Below are positions 31,439-32,000 of a DNA stretch of 32,000 bases, one piece after another; the stretch's first letter is position 1; every line of letters begins with the position of its first letter. The notes under the pieces were generated by a model that did not search any database, was not told the origin of the DNA, and was given only the letters and a program-made list of their open reading frames with translations. Source of the stretch: Uncultured Candidatus Berkiella sp. (lineage in GTDB: Bacteria > Pseudomonadota > Gammaproteobacteria > Berkiellales > Berkiellaceae); NCBI GenBank assembly GCA_964633725.1, contig CAZWHY010000011.1, positions 40,345 through 72,344 of the forward strand, written 5' to 3'. The position numbers were made by a program, and so were the translations under genes.

Positions 31439-32000
31439 TATTTTGGGTTTTCCAAACTGAGAATGCCTCTATCATAATCATAAGCAAAAATTTCTGCATA
31501 TCGAGCCCAATCAATCATCACCGTGAGTACACGCTCGGCTTCCCCTGCTGTCAAATAGGCTTCTAGCTCGCTTAAGAAAACATCTTCAAACTCTCTGTTA
31601 TTGGGTCTTTGTTCTAGTCTCCTGCGAATATGTTTGGCCAAAGGCACATGTGTTTCAAGTTGTTTGGCAAATAGTTTTTTGCGCTCCAGCATATCGGCTT
31701 CTGCAAAGACTTTACCTGCTGCGGTTAAGCTAATATCCCCTTTGGACACGGTGGCAAAATTTAGAATTTCAAGCGCTTCTGTTAATTGAAATAAGTGATC
31801 AGCCTCTAGGTGTAAATCATCGGCTAGTGGCGGTAAGTCAATAACATCTTCTGTTATTTGTTCCAGCGTATCCACTAGTCCTGTTAGCTCTGAAATGCTG
31901 GCATCTGGTAACCTATGCCCCAAATCCATTGCTTTATAATCGGTTCCTGCATCTTCTAGGCGGACATTGTCTCGCTCGCTAGTTGTCATCAGCGTGTATA
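31438..32000 (-). CDS. ABC-transporter AAA-associated C-terminal domain protein (probably the 3' part of a longer ATPase gene running off the right edge)
   Basis: LPDASISELTGLVDTLEQ...DLPPLADDLHLEADHLFQLTEALEILNFATVSKGDISLTAAGKVFAEADMLERKKLFAKQL...MIDWARYAEIFAYDYDRGILSLE matches my recollection of the AAA_assoc_C domain found at the C-terminus of NitT/TauT-type ABC ATPases. The frame stays open upstream of ATG 31989 to the window edge. Its stop overlaps the tamA start (TAATG). Confidence 0.65.
   Translation of the reverse strand, partial: YTLMTTSERDNVRLEDAGTDYKAMDLGHRLPDASISELTGLVDTLEQITEDVIDLPPLADDLHLEADHLFQLTEALEILNFATVSKGDISLTAAGKVFAEADMLERKKLFAKQLETHVPLAKHIRRRLEQRPNNREFEDVFLSELEAYLTAGEAERVLTVMIDWARYAEIFAYDYDRGILSLENPK

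Noticed and set aside
1-32000. CRISPR arrays, tRNA/rRNA genes, integrase/att sites, phage genes
   Set aside because: No regularly spaced direct repeats, cloverleaf-capable GC-rich segments or rRNA-like sequence were noticed in the few intergenic regions (5505..6032, 6228..6602, 12741..12955, 18216..18465, 19949..20208, 21202..21426, 29572..29689). No tyrosine/serine recombinase ORF is present.

Overview
AT-rich gammaproteobacterial chromosomal segment. A eukaryotic-like kinase/ankyrin protein suggests a Legionellales-type intracellular bacterium, but the taxon is an inference and was not computed. Almost everything is coding.

Left to right:
- (1) A tightly overlapping six-gene minus-strand operon (1..5504): SnoaL-like protein, amidohydrolase fused to an Mpo1/DUF962-like membrane domain, SMS/IPC-synthase-type PAP2 protein, possible GNAT-fold protein, Rieske oxygenase, SDR.
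- (2) A decayed Rieske paralog, a 64-aa peptide with a textbook double-glycine leader, and an orphan 432-aa membrane protein.
- (3) A minus-strand block of a Tus-like gene followed by GS-like ligase, aldehyde dehydrogenase and Fe-alcohol dehydrogenase.
- (4) A REC-GGDEF regulator, fumC, acnA, and marR-rpoS.
- (5) An accessory insertion (about 19.95-27.16 kb) between rpoS and tamB. It holds a RAYT/IS200-like Y1 transposase bracketed by a perfect 18-bp inverted repeat. It also holds a 1,525-aa chimeric protein (eukaryotic-like Ser/Thr kinase + ankyrin repeats + C-terminal zeta-toxin-like P-loop kinase), a 66-aa acidic ORF and a His-motif protein of about 307 aa.
- (6) tamB, tamA, and a partial gene for an ABC-type AAA-associated C-terminal domain.

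The best candidate for a new system is the kinase/ankyrin/zeta chimera with its two small downstream partners. No rRNA, tRNA or CRISPR array was seen.
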